Shown in pieces: positions 1 through 8,934 of a stretch of 64,000 nucleotides of DNA (its first letter is position 1; every line of letters starts with the position of its first letter). A program made the position numbers and the translations under genes. The notes under the pieces were generated by a model. It was not told where the DNA came from. It did not search any database and saw only the letters and a list, made by a program, of their open reading frames with translations. Location: positions 134,564 to 198,563 of the forward strand of contig CALXPT010000002.1 of the NCBI GenBank assembly GCA_944390355.1, given 5' to 3'. Source of the DNA: an uncultured Alphaproteobacteria bacterium (GTDB lineage: Bacteria > Pseudomonadota > Alphaproteobacteria > RF32 > CAG-239).

Positions 1-404
1 GTCAGAATAGGCACGTTGCGCAAGCGGCAAACTTCAAACAACTTTTTAGTCTGAGATTCGATACCTTTTGCCGAGTCGAGAACCATAACGGCAGAATCAA
101 CCGCGGTCAACACACGATAAGTGTCTTCGGAAAAGTCTTCATGCCCCGGAGTATCCAACAGATTAAAGGTTATGCCGTTATATTCAAAATTCATCACGGA
201 GGAAGCAACGGAAATTCCGCGCTCTTGCTCCACCTTCATCCAGTCGGAATGGGCGTGTCTGGCTTCACCGCGGGCTTTAACCGCGCCGGCTTGTTGAATG
301 GCACCGCCAAAGAGCAACAACTTTTCGGTCAAAGTGGTTTTACCGGCGTCAGGGTGAGAAATAATCGCAAAACATTTGCGAGGATTAACTTTATTTTCAG
401 GCAT
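1..404 (-). CDS. prfC: Peptide chain release factor 3 (5' part; runs off the window start)
   Basis: Manual translation from ATG at 404 gives [37 protein letters not shown]...[14 protein letters not shown]...[16 protein letters not shown], the RF3 G-domain signature. It is missing from the ORF track because it is incomplete. Confidence 0.97.
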   Translation of the reverse strand, partial: MPENKVNPRKCFAIISHPDAGKTTLTEKLLLFGGAIQQAGAVKARGEARHAHSDWMKVEQERGISVASSVMNFEYNGITFNLLDTPGHEDFSEDTYRVLTAVDSAVMVLDSAKGIESQTKKLFEVCRLRNVPIL

Positions 405-489
405 AAACGAACACTCTTTTAACATAAAGGATTAACAAAATTAAGCCCGTTTTAGCGCATAAAACAAAATAATGCAAGCAAAAACCCAT

Positions 490-517
490 AAAAAAAGGCA
501 GTTAGAAAACTGCCTTA
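490..517 (-). terminator. Intrinsic terminator of the 535..903 gene
   Basis: AAGGCAGTT/AACTGCCTT hairpin followed by a T-run on the minus strand. Confidence 0.75.
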
Positions 518-534
518 AAGAAAAGAATAATTTT

Positions 535-903
535 TTAGTGGACGTAACAGCGATATTTGCGCCCATGAGAGCGAATAATCACTTTCTGTCCGCAATAGAC
601 ATTTTCCCAAGAAGATAGGGTCGTCCTAAAAACGCCTTCTTCAATTCCGTCTTGATAAATTCTGCCTTTATCGGACATAATTTCATCAGAGGAATCATCG
701 CTTTTTCTTTTGTCTTCCAAAACAACTTTTCGTCCGTCATTTAGATGAAATGTAATGTACCTTTTCCCCTCAAAAGGTTTTCCGCTTTTTGTTATGATTT
801 TAGTTGTAATTTTAACAACAGTCAAAGTATCATTAACATTTTTTGCCAAAATCGAACAAGGAATAAAGACCAATAGCAAAGCTGTAAAAATAAATTTTTT
901 CAT
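535..903 (-). CDS. Hypothetical secreted protein
   Basis: 122 aa with an N-terminal signal peptide (MKKFIFTALLLVFIPCSILA), its own terminator and an upstream TTGACT-17-TATATA promoter-like site. Confidence 0.7.
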   Translation of the reverse strand: MKKFIFTALLLVFIPCSILAKNVNDTLTVVKITTKIITKSGKPFEGKRYITFHLNDGRKVVLEDKRKSDDSSDEIMSDKGRIYQDGIEEGVFRTTLSSWENVYCGQKVIIRSHGRKYRCYVH

Positions 904-1001
904 AATTATAAAATATTTAGAGTTATATAATAATACAAAAACTGAAAGTTATATAACACCGCAATTTGTTCAAGTCAAGTTTTTTGTCTAACAAATACAG
1001 A

Positions 1002-1026
1002 TAAAAAAAGCGGGAATCCCCGCTTT
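1002..1026 (-). terminator. Intrinsic terminator
   Basis: AAAGCGGG-aatc-CCCGCTTT hairpin with a T-run on the minus strand. Confidence 0.75.
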
Positions 1027-1044
1027 GCTTAAATGAAGAAAAAA

Positions 1045-2364
1045 TTATCGAACAAACGGACTGGAAATATCCGGTACAATAATTTGTACTTCTTCAACCG
1101 TACCGCCCAAACTCTCCGTCTCGGAAGGAATTAATGGCTGCGGCTGGTTATCTGTCGCGGCAGTTTCAATAGCAACGGATTCGACTTTTTCTGCTGTTTG
1201 GTTAGGTTTTTCATCTTTTTTTACATCAGACTTTTTTTCCTCGACAGAAGAATTTTTAGGGATATTGTTCAAGCCCAAACCTTCTTCGATAGCTTTCTTT
1301 TCTTTGGCTTTTTCATTTTTGGTAATTAGGCCGAGTTCTGAGATAACCTCGAGCTTACGCAAATCTTTAGCCGCCGACATAATATCTTTGGAAGGAGCTT
1401 TGGGCTGCATTCTAAGCCTAGGCTCTGGGGGCAGGATAGCGGTAATAATCAAGTCGCGTTCGGCCGAAAATTCTTTAGGCGTAATTGCGCGAGCTTCCAT
1501 AGCCTCTCTGAGCGCATTAATACGCTCAATGATTAAGTCGGGAGACGGAACGGGAGCATTGATGCCGAAAGCAGGAGCTTTGTTGGATAAAGGAAGGAGA
1601 CCGCCGATATTAGATTGTCTGGCTTCCAAAAATTCCTGTTTGGTAATCATGTCTTTTTCGGCGAGTTCCTGCATAATCAGGAAACGGGAGATGACATTTT
1701 TTTCATTATCGTCAAAAAGGAGTTCAACGGCTTTAATATCGGCATCGGCACTGGCTTGGTTATCGGCAACCAGTTTTTGCTGACGGGCAAACAAAGCTTC
1801 TTCCATAGCGGATTTTCCCTGACGAGCGGCTGCTTCTTTAGAGATATTAAAAGTCATGGCACCGTCTTTATTTTCAATCATAAATTCGGATTGCTGCATA
1901 TTAAGGCGGCGGAGTCGCGTTTTGGCGATATCGGACATTTTCTGAGGCATTCCGTCAGGAGAACCCAAGACAGTGGATTCGTTTTCACCGATAATGATTA
2001 AATCTTCGTAATATTGGCGAGCACGATTGAGCCTGCCGAGCTTCTCATACACCAAAGCCCCGACCATCAAAGCTTGGGGATGACGAGGATTTAAGCGCAA
2101 AGCTTGAATAACATAATTTTCGGCCTCATCGAATTTTCCTTGAGAATAAGCGACGGTAGCAAGTTGAGCATCGCTGTCGCCTTCGGTACCGTAAACTTCA
2201 CCCTTAAACCAAGAGTGATTAGGCTTTTCATCACTAGGGAATTGAGAGCAGGCACCAAGGATGAGCAAGGACATCACCCCGCACAGAGCAGGGCGGGCGA
2301 AGAAGGACGATGATTTTGATAATAAATTTTCAGCCACAATTTTCTCCTTTCCGAGAAACATCAC
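1045..2364 (-). CDS. TPR-repeat lipoprotein with three SHOCT-like repeats
   Basis: Lipobox LLILGAC; TPR helices (AYSQGKFDEAENYVIQALRLNP); repeats MITKQEF, AITPKEF and LITKNEK. The start codon is uncertain. Confidence 0.75.
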   Translation of the reverse strand: MMFLGKEKIVAENLLSKSSSFFARPALCGVMSLLILGACSQFPSDEKPNHSWFKGEVYGTEGDSDAQLATVAYSQGKFDEAENYVIQALRLNPRHPQALMVGALVYEKLGRLNRARQYYEDLIIIGENESTVLGSPDGMPQKMSDIAKTRLRRLNMQQSEFMIENKDGAMTFNISKEAAARQGKSAMEEALFARQQKLVADNQASADADIKAVELLFDDNEKNVISRFLIMQELAEKDMITKQEFLEARQSNIGGLLPLSNKAPAFGINAPVPSPDLIIERINALREAMEARAITPKEFSAERDLIITAILPPEPRLRMQPKAPSKDIMSAAKDLRKLEVISELGLITKNEKAKEKKAIEEGLGLNNIPKNSSVEEKKSDVKKDEKPNQTAEKVESVAIETAATDNQPQPLIPSETESLGGTVEEVQIIVPDISSPFVR

Positions 2365-2489
2365 GGAATAAGTTTAAACTCACAGACATATTAATAAATA
2401 TCTGCAAAGAATACAATAATTTTAATAGGGCTGTTAATTTTACTTGATTTAATTAAAAAAATATGTAGTATTTTGACAACACTAACCGC

Positions 2490-2574
2490 GCAGACGTGGT
2501 GAAATTGGTAGACACGCCAGACTTAGGATCTGGTGCCTTGCGGTGTGAGAGTTCGAGTCTCTCCGTCTGCACCA
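2490..2574 (+). tRNA. tRNA-Leu (anticodon TAG)
   Basis: GCAGACG/CGTCTGC acceptor stem, encoded CCA, CTTAGGA anticodon loop, long variable arm, GTTCGAG T-loop; usual position upstream of tig. Confidence 0.97.
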
Positions 2575-2628
2575 TCTTTTTTAGGAAAAAAGGTGGTTTA
2601 ATTTTAGGAAAAGAAAGAGAAAACAATA

Positions 2629-4044
2629 ATGAATATTACCGAGTTAAAATCTGAAGGCCTTAAGAGAGAATATAAGGTAACAATTCCGGCATCAGAAGTA
2701 GCCGTTGAGGTAGACAAGAAGTTGGCACAGGTAGCAAAGAGCATAAAACTCCCTGGGTTTCGCCCCGGAAAAGCGCCGATATCGGTTGTAAAGCAAAAAT
2801 ATCAAGCTTCTGTTTTGGGAGAAGTATTGGATGACATGGTACGCACCAACACCGATAAAGTGATTGCCGATAAAAAACTTCGTCCGTCGATGATGCCCTC
2901 CGTCAAAATCAATTCTTTCGGCGAGGGAAAAGACATTGAATTTGAGATGAGCATGGAGATATTGCCGGAGATTAAACTAGGAGATATCACCAAATTATCA
3001 ATCGAAAAGCCAATGGCGGAAGTTCCGGCGGAAGAAATCGACAAAGCTTTGGGTTATTTAGCCAAGTCGCGTCGTGAAACCGTTAAGGTTGAAGAAGAGC
3101 GCGCCGCAAAGAAAGGTGATGTAACCGTAATTGACTTTGTCGGTTCGGTTGACGGCGTAGAGTTCAAGGGCGGCAAGGGCGAGGCTTATCCGCTTGAATT
3201 GGGTTCTGGTTCTTTTATCCCTGGGTTTGAAGATCAGTTGGTCGGCAAAAAAGTAGGGGATAAAGTAGATGTAAATGTTACTTTCCCTGAAAACTATCAT
3301 GCCAAAGATTTAGCCGGCAAAGCAGCCGTGTTTGCAGTTGAGGTTAAGGAACTCCGCGAAAACAAGGAAGTCAAAATTGATGATGAATTTGCCAAATCTC
3401 TGGGTGAAAAGAGCTTGGATGAGTTGAAGCAAAAAGTTTCTGACCGCATCAAGGTTGACTATGAAGGTGCCGCGCGTTTAAAGATGAAACGCCAGATTTT
3501 GGATGCTTTGGATAAAGAATATTCATTTGAAGTGCCTGAAAATTTGGTTGATGCTGAGTATAAAGGTATTTTGGCTCAGTATGAACAGGCTAAAAAGTAC
3601 AATCAGTTGGATGAAAGTGAAAAAGCTAAGTCCGAAGATGAGTTAAAACAAGAATACAAAGACATCGCCGTCCGCCGTGTTAAATTAGGTTTGGTATTAT
3701 CAGAAATCGGCAAAGACGCCAAAATCAACATTGAAGCGGATGATATTAACAAAGCAATAATGAATGAGGCCAGAAAATACCCTGGGCAAGAGCAGGTTGT
3801 TTTTGATTATTATCTGAAGAACAAGCAAGCTGTTGAAGCATTGAAAGCTCCGATTTTTGAAGAAAAAATCATTGACCACATTGTTTCAAAAGCCAATGTT
3901 GCCAATAAGACGGTAAGTGTTGAAGAATTGTACAGCTTTGAAGAGGAAGAAAAACCGGCCAAAAAGACCTCAAAGAAGGCGGCCAAGGCAGAAGCCGATG
4001 GAGAAGAAAAATCTTCAAAGAAAACAACGAAGAAAAGTGCTTAG
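2629..4044 (+). CDS. tig: Trigger factor
   Basis: GFRPGKAP ribosome-binding motif; FKBP domain (LGSGSFIPGFEDQLVG, FPENYHAKDLAGK). Confidence 0.98.
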   Translation: MNITELKSEGLKREYKVTIPASEVAVEVDKKLAQVAKSIKLPGFRPGKAPISVVKQKYQASVLGEVLDDMVRTNTDKVIADKKLRPSMMPSVKINSFGEGKDIEFEMSMEILPEIKLGDITKLSIEKPMAEVPAEEIDKALGYLAKSRRETVKVEEERAAKKGDVTVIDFVGSVDGVEFKGGKGEAYPLELGSGSFIPGFEDQLVGKKVGDKVDVNVTFPENYHAKDLAGKAAVFAVEVKELRENKEVKIDDEFAKSLGEKSLDELKQKVSDRIKVDYEGAARLKMKRQILDALDKEYSFEVPENLVDAEYKGILAQYEQAKKYNQLDESEKAKSEDELKQEYKDIAVRRVKLGLVLSEIGKDAKINIEADDINKAIMNEARKYPGQEQVVFDYYLKNKQAVEALKAPIFEEKIIDHIVSKANVANKTVSVEELYSFEEEEKPAKKTSKKAAKAEADGEEKSSKKTTKKSA

Positions 4045-4065
4045 TTTATGAAATAAGCAAATTAA

Positions 4066-4173
4066 AAGAAATCCGCCGTAAGGCGGTTTCTCTTTATAAA
4101 AAAATCAAACAATTAAATTCAAAAAGGTAGAAAATATAAAAAAATAAGGTTACCGCAAAGGCAACCTTATTTT
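4066..4173. terminator. Two terminator hairpins between the convergent tig and coaD-HD genes
   Basis: CCGCC-GTAA-GGCGG hairpin at ~4073-4086 and AATAAGGTT/AACCTTATT hairpin at ~4143-4171. Confidence 0.7.
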
Positions 4174-5310
4174 TTAGATAACGGGTGCTGTTTTAAGCCG
4201 ACTAATTTCACCTTGAATATTTTTTCTAGCCTGTTCTTCAAACTTATCATAGAAAAACTCGGTTTGAAAAATCCGAGGACGTTGCAAAAATTTTTCCAAT
4301 ATAGCAATACGTCCGGTGCGATAGTCTTCCGATGAAACAGTTGCATATTCTTTACGAACAGAGTGGCAATACCATTGCCATGCCGGTACGGAAGATGTTC
4401 CCAAAACACTCAAATCCAAATCGGCAATCAAAGCCTCTTCATCGTTACGAGCCGGTTTGTCATGCTTTGTTGCTAAAATCAGATTTTCAATCTTTTCACG
4501 ATTAGCAATGCTGTGAAAATAAGATTGTTCAATCTGTTTCAAAGCCTCGGCTGATTTTTCTTCGTTATCAACAGCCAAAGGATTATACACATAATCATGC
4601 ATAAAAATAGCTAAAACAAGCTCATCGAGATTACTCAAATCACTACTTCCGGTCGTATGGCGCTGATATATATGCAGCATATTCAGCATATAACCGATAT
4701 GAGAAAGGTTATGATAAGCTCTGTCTTTATAGGCTTCAACAAGTTTAGCATAAAAAGCACCTCGACTTTCCTCTCGTTCAAAAGTAATAAAATGTTGCAA
4801 ATAAGGCTTGAGATAAACTTCCATCAGCTTTTGATGAACAAAAGGAGAGACATATTTCTGAACGGCGATAAACTCTCCATGTTGGCACAAACCTTTCACG
4901 GTCGAAGAAGAAATAGCAGAATCTTTAACAATGAAGGTTGTTTCAAGGTTAATACCACGGATTTTTCCGAGGTCGGCATTAATTTTGGCTAAAGATGTTT
5001 CTTCTGACAAGTCATGCGAATTTTTTCGAATACCGCGAATGAGCGTAAAGGCTTTTTCTTTCAATGCAATATCGACAGTTAAGCCGCTATCGGCCATGAG
5101 TACAACTTGATTGCTAAGCCAACTGGCTTCACGTAGGGTTTCTTCAATCATTTTCAAGCGTTCCTCGACACTGAAAAGAGGAATTTTTCCTGCATTTTTG
5201 CCGACATTGATAATGAACGCATCATAAGGTTCTAACAAAGCATCATAAACAATTTCCAAATGCACAAGCGTAAAAGGATCAAAAGATCCTGTAAAAAGTG
5301 CTTTTCTCAT
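4174..5310 (-). CDS. Fusion of a phosphopantetheine adenylyltransferase (CoaD)-like domain and an HD-superfamily phosphohydrolase (COG4339-like)
   Basis: N-terminal GSFDPFTLVH, LFSVEERL, LIRGIR and ISSSTVK; C-terminal RAYHNLSHI, MHDYVY, DNEEKSA, LILATKH, DLDLSVLG and VRKEY. Confidence 0.85.
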   Translation of the reverse strand: MRKALFTGSFDPFTLVHLEIVYDALLEPYDAFIINVGKNAGKIPLFSVEERLKMIEETLREASWLSNQVVLMADSGLTVDIALKEKAFTLIRGIRKNSHDLSEETSLAKINADLGKIRGINLETTFIVKDSAISSSTVKGLCQHGEFIAVQKYVSPFVHQKLMEVYLKPYLQHFITFEREESRGAFYAKLVEAYKDRAYHNLSHIGYMLNMLHIYQRHTTGSSDLSNLDELVLAIFMHDYVYNPLAVDNEEKSAEALKQIEQSYFHSIANREKIENLILATKHDKPARNDEEALIADLDLSVLGTSSVPAWQWYCHSVRKEYATVSSEDYRTGRIAILEKFLQRPRIFQTEFFYDKFEEQARKNIQGEISRLKTAPVI

Positions 5311-5448
5311 AATTATAAAATTTAAAATAAGTGAATAATAGTAAAATAGACGACGCGAAGATAAAGACTTTTTGTCAATATGTCAAGAGTTAAAAATAAA
5401 AAAAAGGCTCTGAAATAAATCAGAGCCTCTGTGCAGGAAAAGTAGAAA

Positions 5449-5988
5449 TTAGAACTTTTCTTGCAATTCGAAGAAATAAGCTTGCGGGTGGTCGCAAACA
5501 GGGCATTTTTCCGGAGCTTTTGGGCTTTCAACACGATGTCCGCAGTTAGCGCATTCCCAAATAACTTTTGTCGGACGTTCAAAAACTTTGCCGTCAACAA
5601 GAGCATTCAAGAGAGCCTGATATCTTTCTTCGTGTCCTTTTTCAATTTGAGCCACAGCTTCAAAGAGGTAAGCAATTTTAGTAAAACCTTCTTCATGAGC
5701 TTCTTTAGCCATACGTTTATACATATCGGTCCACTCATAATTTTCACCTGCTGCAGCATCTTTAAGATTAGTCATGGTGTCGGAAATTTCACCGCCATTC
5801 AAGAGTTTGAACCAAATTTTAGCATGTTCTTTTTCGTTGTTGGCGGTTTGCTCAAATTTGTCTGCAATAATATTGTAGCCTTCTTTTTTAGCCTTGGAAG
5901 CATAATAGGTGTATTTGTTGCGAGCCATAGATTCGCCGGCAAAAGCTTCTTTGAGGTTTTTCTCGGTTTTAGAACCTTTTAATTCCAT
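5449..5988 (-). CDS. rbr: Rubrerythrin
   Basis: [24 protein letters not shown]; EKEH and EKGH diiron ligands; C-terminal CANC...CPVCDHP rubredoxin-like site. Confidence 0.96.
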   Translation of the reverse strand: MELKGSKTEKNLKEAFAGESMARNKYTYYASKAKKEGYNIIADKFEQTANNEKEHAKIWFKLLNGGEISDTMTNLKDAAAGENYEWTDMYKRMAKEAHEEGFTKIAYLFEAVAQIEKGHEERYQALLNALVDGKVFERPTKVIWECANCGHRVESPKAPEKCPVCDHPQAYFFELQEKF

Positions 5989-6000
5989 AATTTAATCTCC

Positions 6001-6381
6001 TTAATTAGAATTTTGACAATCAGAACAAAGTCCCTTAAATGTCAGCTCGGTGGATTGCGCCTCCAAGCCGGTTAAAGATTTGAGTTTGAGTTCCAAATCT
6101 TGAGCGACATTATAGGGTACATCATATACTTTATTGCAACAAGTGCAAATAAAATGATAGTGTTTTTCAACACAATGGTCATAATGGACGGAGCCATCAA
6201 GACCGGAAATTTTGCGAACCGCTCCACATTCAACAAGCAGGTTAAGGTTGCGATAAACGGTGGCAAGACTGATAGAGGGCATAAGGGGGCGCACAAGTTC
6301 ATAGAGCTTGTCTGCGGTAGGATGAACGGGATTTTGCCTCAACACATCCAAAATAAGTTCCCTTTGCTTAGAATAGTTCAT
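6001..6381 (-). CDS. Fur-family repressor, PerR-like
   Basis: HPTA, ISLATVYRNL, HYHFICTCC, FKGLCSDC; lies just upstream of rubrerythrin on the same strand. Confidence 0.92.
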   Translation of the reverse strand: MNYSKQRELILDVLRQNPVHPTADKLYELVRPLMPSISLATVYRNLNLLVECGAVRKISGLDGSVHYDHCVEKHYHFICTCCNKVYDVPYNVAQDLELKLKSLTGLEAQSTELTFKGLCSDCQNSN

Positions 6382-6516
6382 AAATTTTCCCTTTATTACT
6401 CAGTTATATTACTTATCGCTCAAAATAACCATTTACAGCCCCGTTGTCCGCCTTCGCTCCTCTGTCGCCCTGCAATCGGTAGCCCTTTCGATATAGGGTA
6501 GCGCACCGTTAAAAAT

Positions 6517-6535
6517 GATAATGATTATTATTATC
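6517..6535. promoter_or_regulatory. Fur/PerR operator box
   Basis: GATAATGATTATTATTATC is a 17/19 match to the classical Fur box GATAATGATAATCATTATC. It overlaps the -10 of a minus-strand promoter (TTGACA at 6551-6556, 17-bp spacer, TAATAA at 6528-6533) and lies between the divergent Fur-family gene and fprA. Confidence 0.85.
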
Positions 6536-6610
6536 AATAAAAATATATGTTGTCAATTCAAAAATTGCATATTATTTATAAATAAGAATAACACAACAAA
6601 GGAGATAAAA

Positions 6611-7795
6611 ATGAAAGGCGTTGAGATAAAAAAAGACATCTATTGGGTAGGGGCTAAAGATTGGAATTTACAAGAGTTTCACGGTTACGCCACACCGCAC
6701 GGCTCAACCTATAACTCATATTTGATTATGGATGAAAAAATCACATTGGTTGACGGTGTTAAGCATTATATGGTGAATGAGCAAATTGAGAGAATCAAGA
6801 GCCTGACGGATTTTTCCAAGATAGCATATATTGTGGTAAACCATGTTGAAATGGATCACTCCGGCAGCATTCCGCAATTGATGAAATTGGCTCCGCAAGC
6901 CACCATTATCACCAATTCCGCCGGAAAGCAGGCCTTGGAAGCCCACTTTGATACGACAGGATGGAATTATGAAATAATCAAAATGGGAGATAGTGTTTCA
7001 ATCGGCAAACGAACCCTAACCTTTATGACCACGCCGATGTTGCATTGGCCGGATTCGATGATGACTTATGTAAAGGAAGATAAGTTACTATTGCCGAATG
7101 ACGGATTCGGACAGCACTATTGCGGAGACGAGCTGTTTTTCAAAGATGCACCGAGAGAGGTTGTCTTGCATGATGCGCAAAGCTATTTTGCCAATATCTT
7201 GTATCCTTACGTTGCACAAGCGGAAAAAGCACTGCAAACAGCGGCAAGCCTGAATTTGGATATAGATATGATTGCGCCGTCGCACGGCTTGATTTGGAGC
7301 GGCAAGGAAGAAGTTGAGTTAATCCTCGGCTTGTATGACAAATGGGCTAAAGGTGAAAACAAGGGCAAAGCGGTTATTGTGTATGACACCATGTGGGGCG
7401 CAACCGAAAAATTGGCAGAAACGGCCATGGGTGTATTTCAAGATGCGGGCATTCCGGTCAGCAAATATTGCTTAAGAACGCACGAAATGTCAGAGATTAT
7501 AGCCGACTTTCCCGATGCGGAATATATCTTGATAGGCAACCCGACTTTGAACAATCAGCTTTATCCGAGAGTCGCGGGATTTGTAACATATCTGCGTGGT
7601 TTGGCACCTAAGGGCAAAAAAGGCTTGGCCTTTGGCTCTTATGGCTGGAAACCTGGGGTGGTTAAGCAGATTCAGTCTGTGTTTGAAGAACTGGGCTGGC
7701 AAACGGTTGAACCATTTGATGAAAAATACACGCCGAAATCAGATGTTCTGGAGCGTTTCAAAGAACGGGTGAAAGAGCTGATAGCCTTGAAGTAA
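6611..7795 (+). CDS. fprA: Flavodiiron protein FprA (NO/O2 reductase type)
   Basis: GSTYNSYLI, NHVEMDHSG, PMLHWPDSM, DGFGQH, APSHG, flavodoxin AFGSYGW; GGAG RBS before ATG 6611. Confidence 0.95.
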   Translation: MKGVEIKKDIYWVGAKDWNLQEFHGYATPHGSTYNSYLIMDEKITLVDGVKHYMVNEQIERIKSLTDFSKIAYIVVNHVEMDHSGSIPQLMKLAPQATIITNSAGKQALEAHFDTTGWNYEIIKMGDSVSIGKRTLTFMTTPMLHWPDSMMTYVKEDKLLLPNDGFGQHYCGDELFFKDAPREVVLHDAQSYFANILYPYVAQAEKALQTAASLNLDIDMIAPSHGLIWSGKEEVELILGLYDKWAKGENKGKAVIVYDTMWGATEKLAETAMGVFQDAGIPVSKYCLRTHEMSEIIADFPDAEYILIGNPTLNNQLYPRVAGFVTYLRGLAPKGKKGLAFGSYGWKPGVVKQIQSVFEELGWQTVEPFDEKYTPKSDVLERFKERVKELIALK

Positions 7796-7803
7796 AAGAA
7801 AGA

Positions 7804-7838
7804 AAAAGTGCTGAGAATTAAATCTCGGCACTTTTTTT
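7804..7838. terminator. Bidirectional terminator overlapping the hydE stop codon
   Basis: AAAAAGTGCTGAGA/TCTCGGCACTTTTT hairpin. Confidence 0.7.
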
Positions 7839-8855
7839 GTGCGCGCCGTAATCTTGACCGATAGTTCGTCCGATGGAGATGAGTTTTTGCTTGAAAGAGA
7901 CAAGAGCATCACAAGAGGCAAGATTAGTACTTGATTTTCCGGGGTAAAGCTCATAGTGTTGCCGCACGTCCGAGAGCGTAACATTGGGCATAATAACATT
8001 TGCGCCGGATTGCAGGGCTTTGAGCTGCCCGTTTGGTTCAAGAGTTTCCATAGCGGTAGTTGCCGGAATGTTTATGTCGGGCAAGATAAGGCGGGTAAGA
8101 GCCATAACTTTGCAAGCCAGCGTAAAAGTACCGCCTTCGGCTTGGGCAAGGGGCGTATCGGGATGAGGGATAAGCGGGCCGATTCCAACCATGTCAGCAC
8201 CGATTTCTTTAAAGAAGAGAATATCATCGGCAAGGGATTCGATTGTCTGATTGGGAAGGCCGACCAAACATCCCGTTCCTGTTTCAAGCCCGACGGATTT
8301 AATATCGAGCAAGCATTGCTTGCGTTTGTTCCAAGACATATCGGGGTCGTATTTTTCATAAAGAGCTTTGTCGGTTGTTTCAATGCGCAGGAGAAAGCGG
8401 TCGCATCCGGCATTTTTATAAGCAAGATAGTCGTCATGAGTTTTTTCGCCGATACTAAGCGTGAGGGCGGTATCTAAAGTTTTAATCCGGCGGATAAGCG
8501 CGCAAAGCCTTTCTTGAGAGAACCACAAATCTTCCCCCGATTGCAGGACGATTGTTTTAAGCCCGAGTTGAGTAACGGCATATTCTGCAAGATGAAATAT
8601 CGAGTCTTCATCAAGCCGATAACGGATGATATTTTTGTTATCGCGCCGCAACCCGCAGTAACAGCAGTTATTTTGACAGATGTTTGAAAATTCGATAAGC
8701 GCGCGTAAATGAATTTCATCACCGACAAATTTTTTGCGTATTTCATCGGCAGCCTTGAATAAGACTTCATTACAATCGTCATTACTCAACAAAGAAACAA
8801 TCTCTTGCTTGTTGAGTCGATGAGAAAAAACCGCTTTACTAATTAAATTATACAT
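7818..8855 (-). CDS. hydE: [FeFe]-hydrogenase H-cluster radical SAM maturase HydE
   Basis: RALIEFSNICQNNCCYCGLR (CxxxCxxC), VLQSGED, LLRIETT, PATTAM, GANVIMPNVT, YELYPGK. Confidence 0.88.
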   Translation of the reverse strand: MYNLISKAVFSHRLNKQEIVSLLSNDDCNEVLFKAADEIRKKFVGDEIHLRALIEFSNICQNNCCYCGLRRDNKNIIRYRLDEDSIFHLAEYAVTQLGLKTIVLQSGEDLWFSQERLCALIRRIKTLDTALTLSIGEKTHDDYLAYKNAGCDRFLLRIETTDKALYEKYDPDMSWNKRKQCLLDIKSVGLETGTGCLVGLPNQTIESLADDILFFKEIGADMVGIGPLIPHPDTPLAQAEGGTFTLACKVMALTRLILPDINIPATTAMETLEPNGQLKALQSGANVIMPNVTLSDVRQHYELYPGKSSTNLASCDALVSFKQKLISIGRTIGQDYGAHKKSAEI

Positions 8856-8934
8856 AATCTCAATCCAAACACCCGAAGTTATAAAAAAATGCTCTCACCA
8901 TAGAAAGTGAAAGCATTTCATAAAAATAAGAACA

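Noticed and set aside
141-422. Plus-strand 93-aa ORF and the many other antisense or alternate-frame ORFs in the track (e.g. 38236..39315, 23336..23977)
   Set aside because: They are shadows of well-supported genes; this one is antisense to prfC.
921-956. AGTTATATAA direct repeat at 921-930 and 947-956
   Set aside because: It is short and AT-rich in an AT-rich intergenic region, so it could arise by chance.
7818-8855. Biotin synthase BioB
   Set aside because: The LLRIETT, PATTA and YELYPGK motifs fit HydE better, and no bio genes are adjacent.
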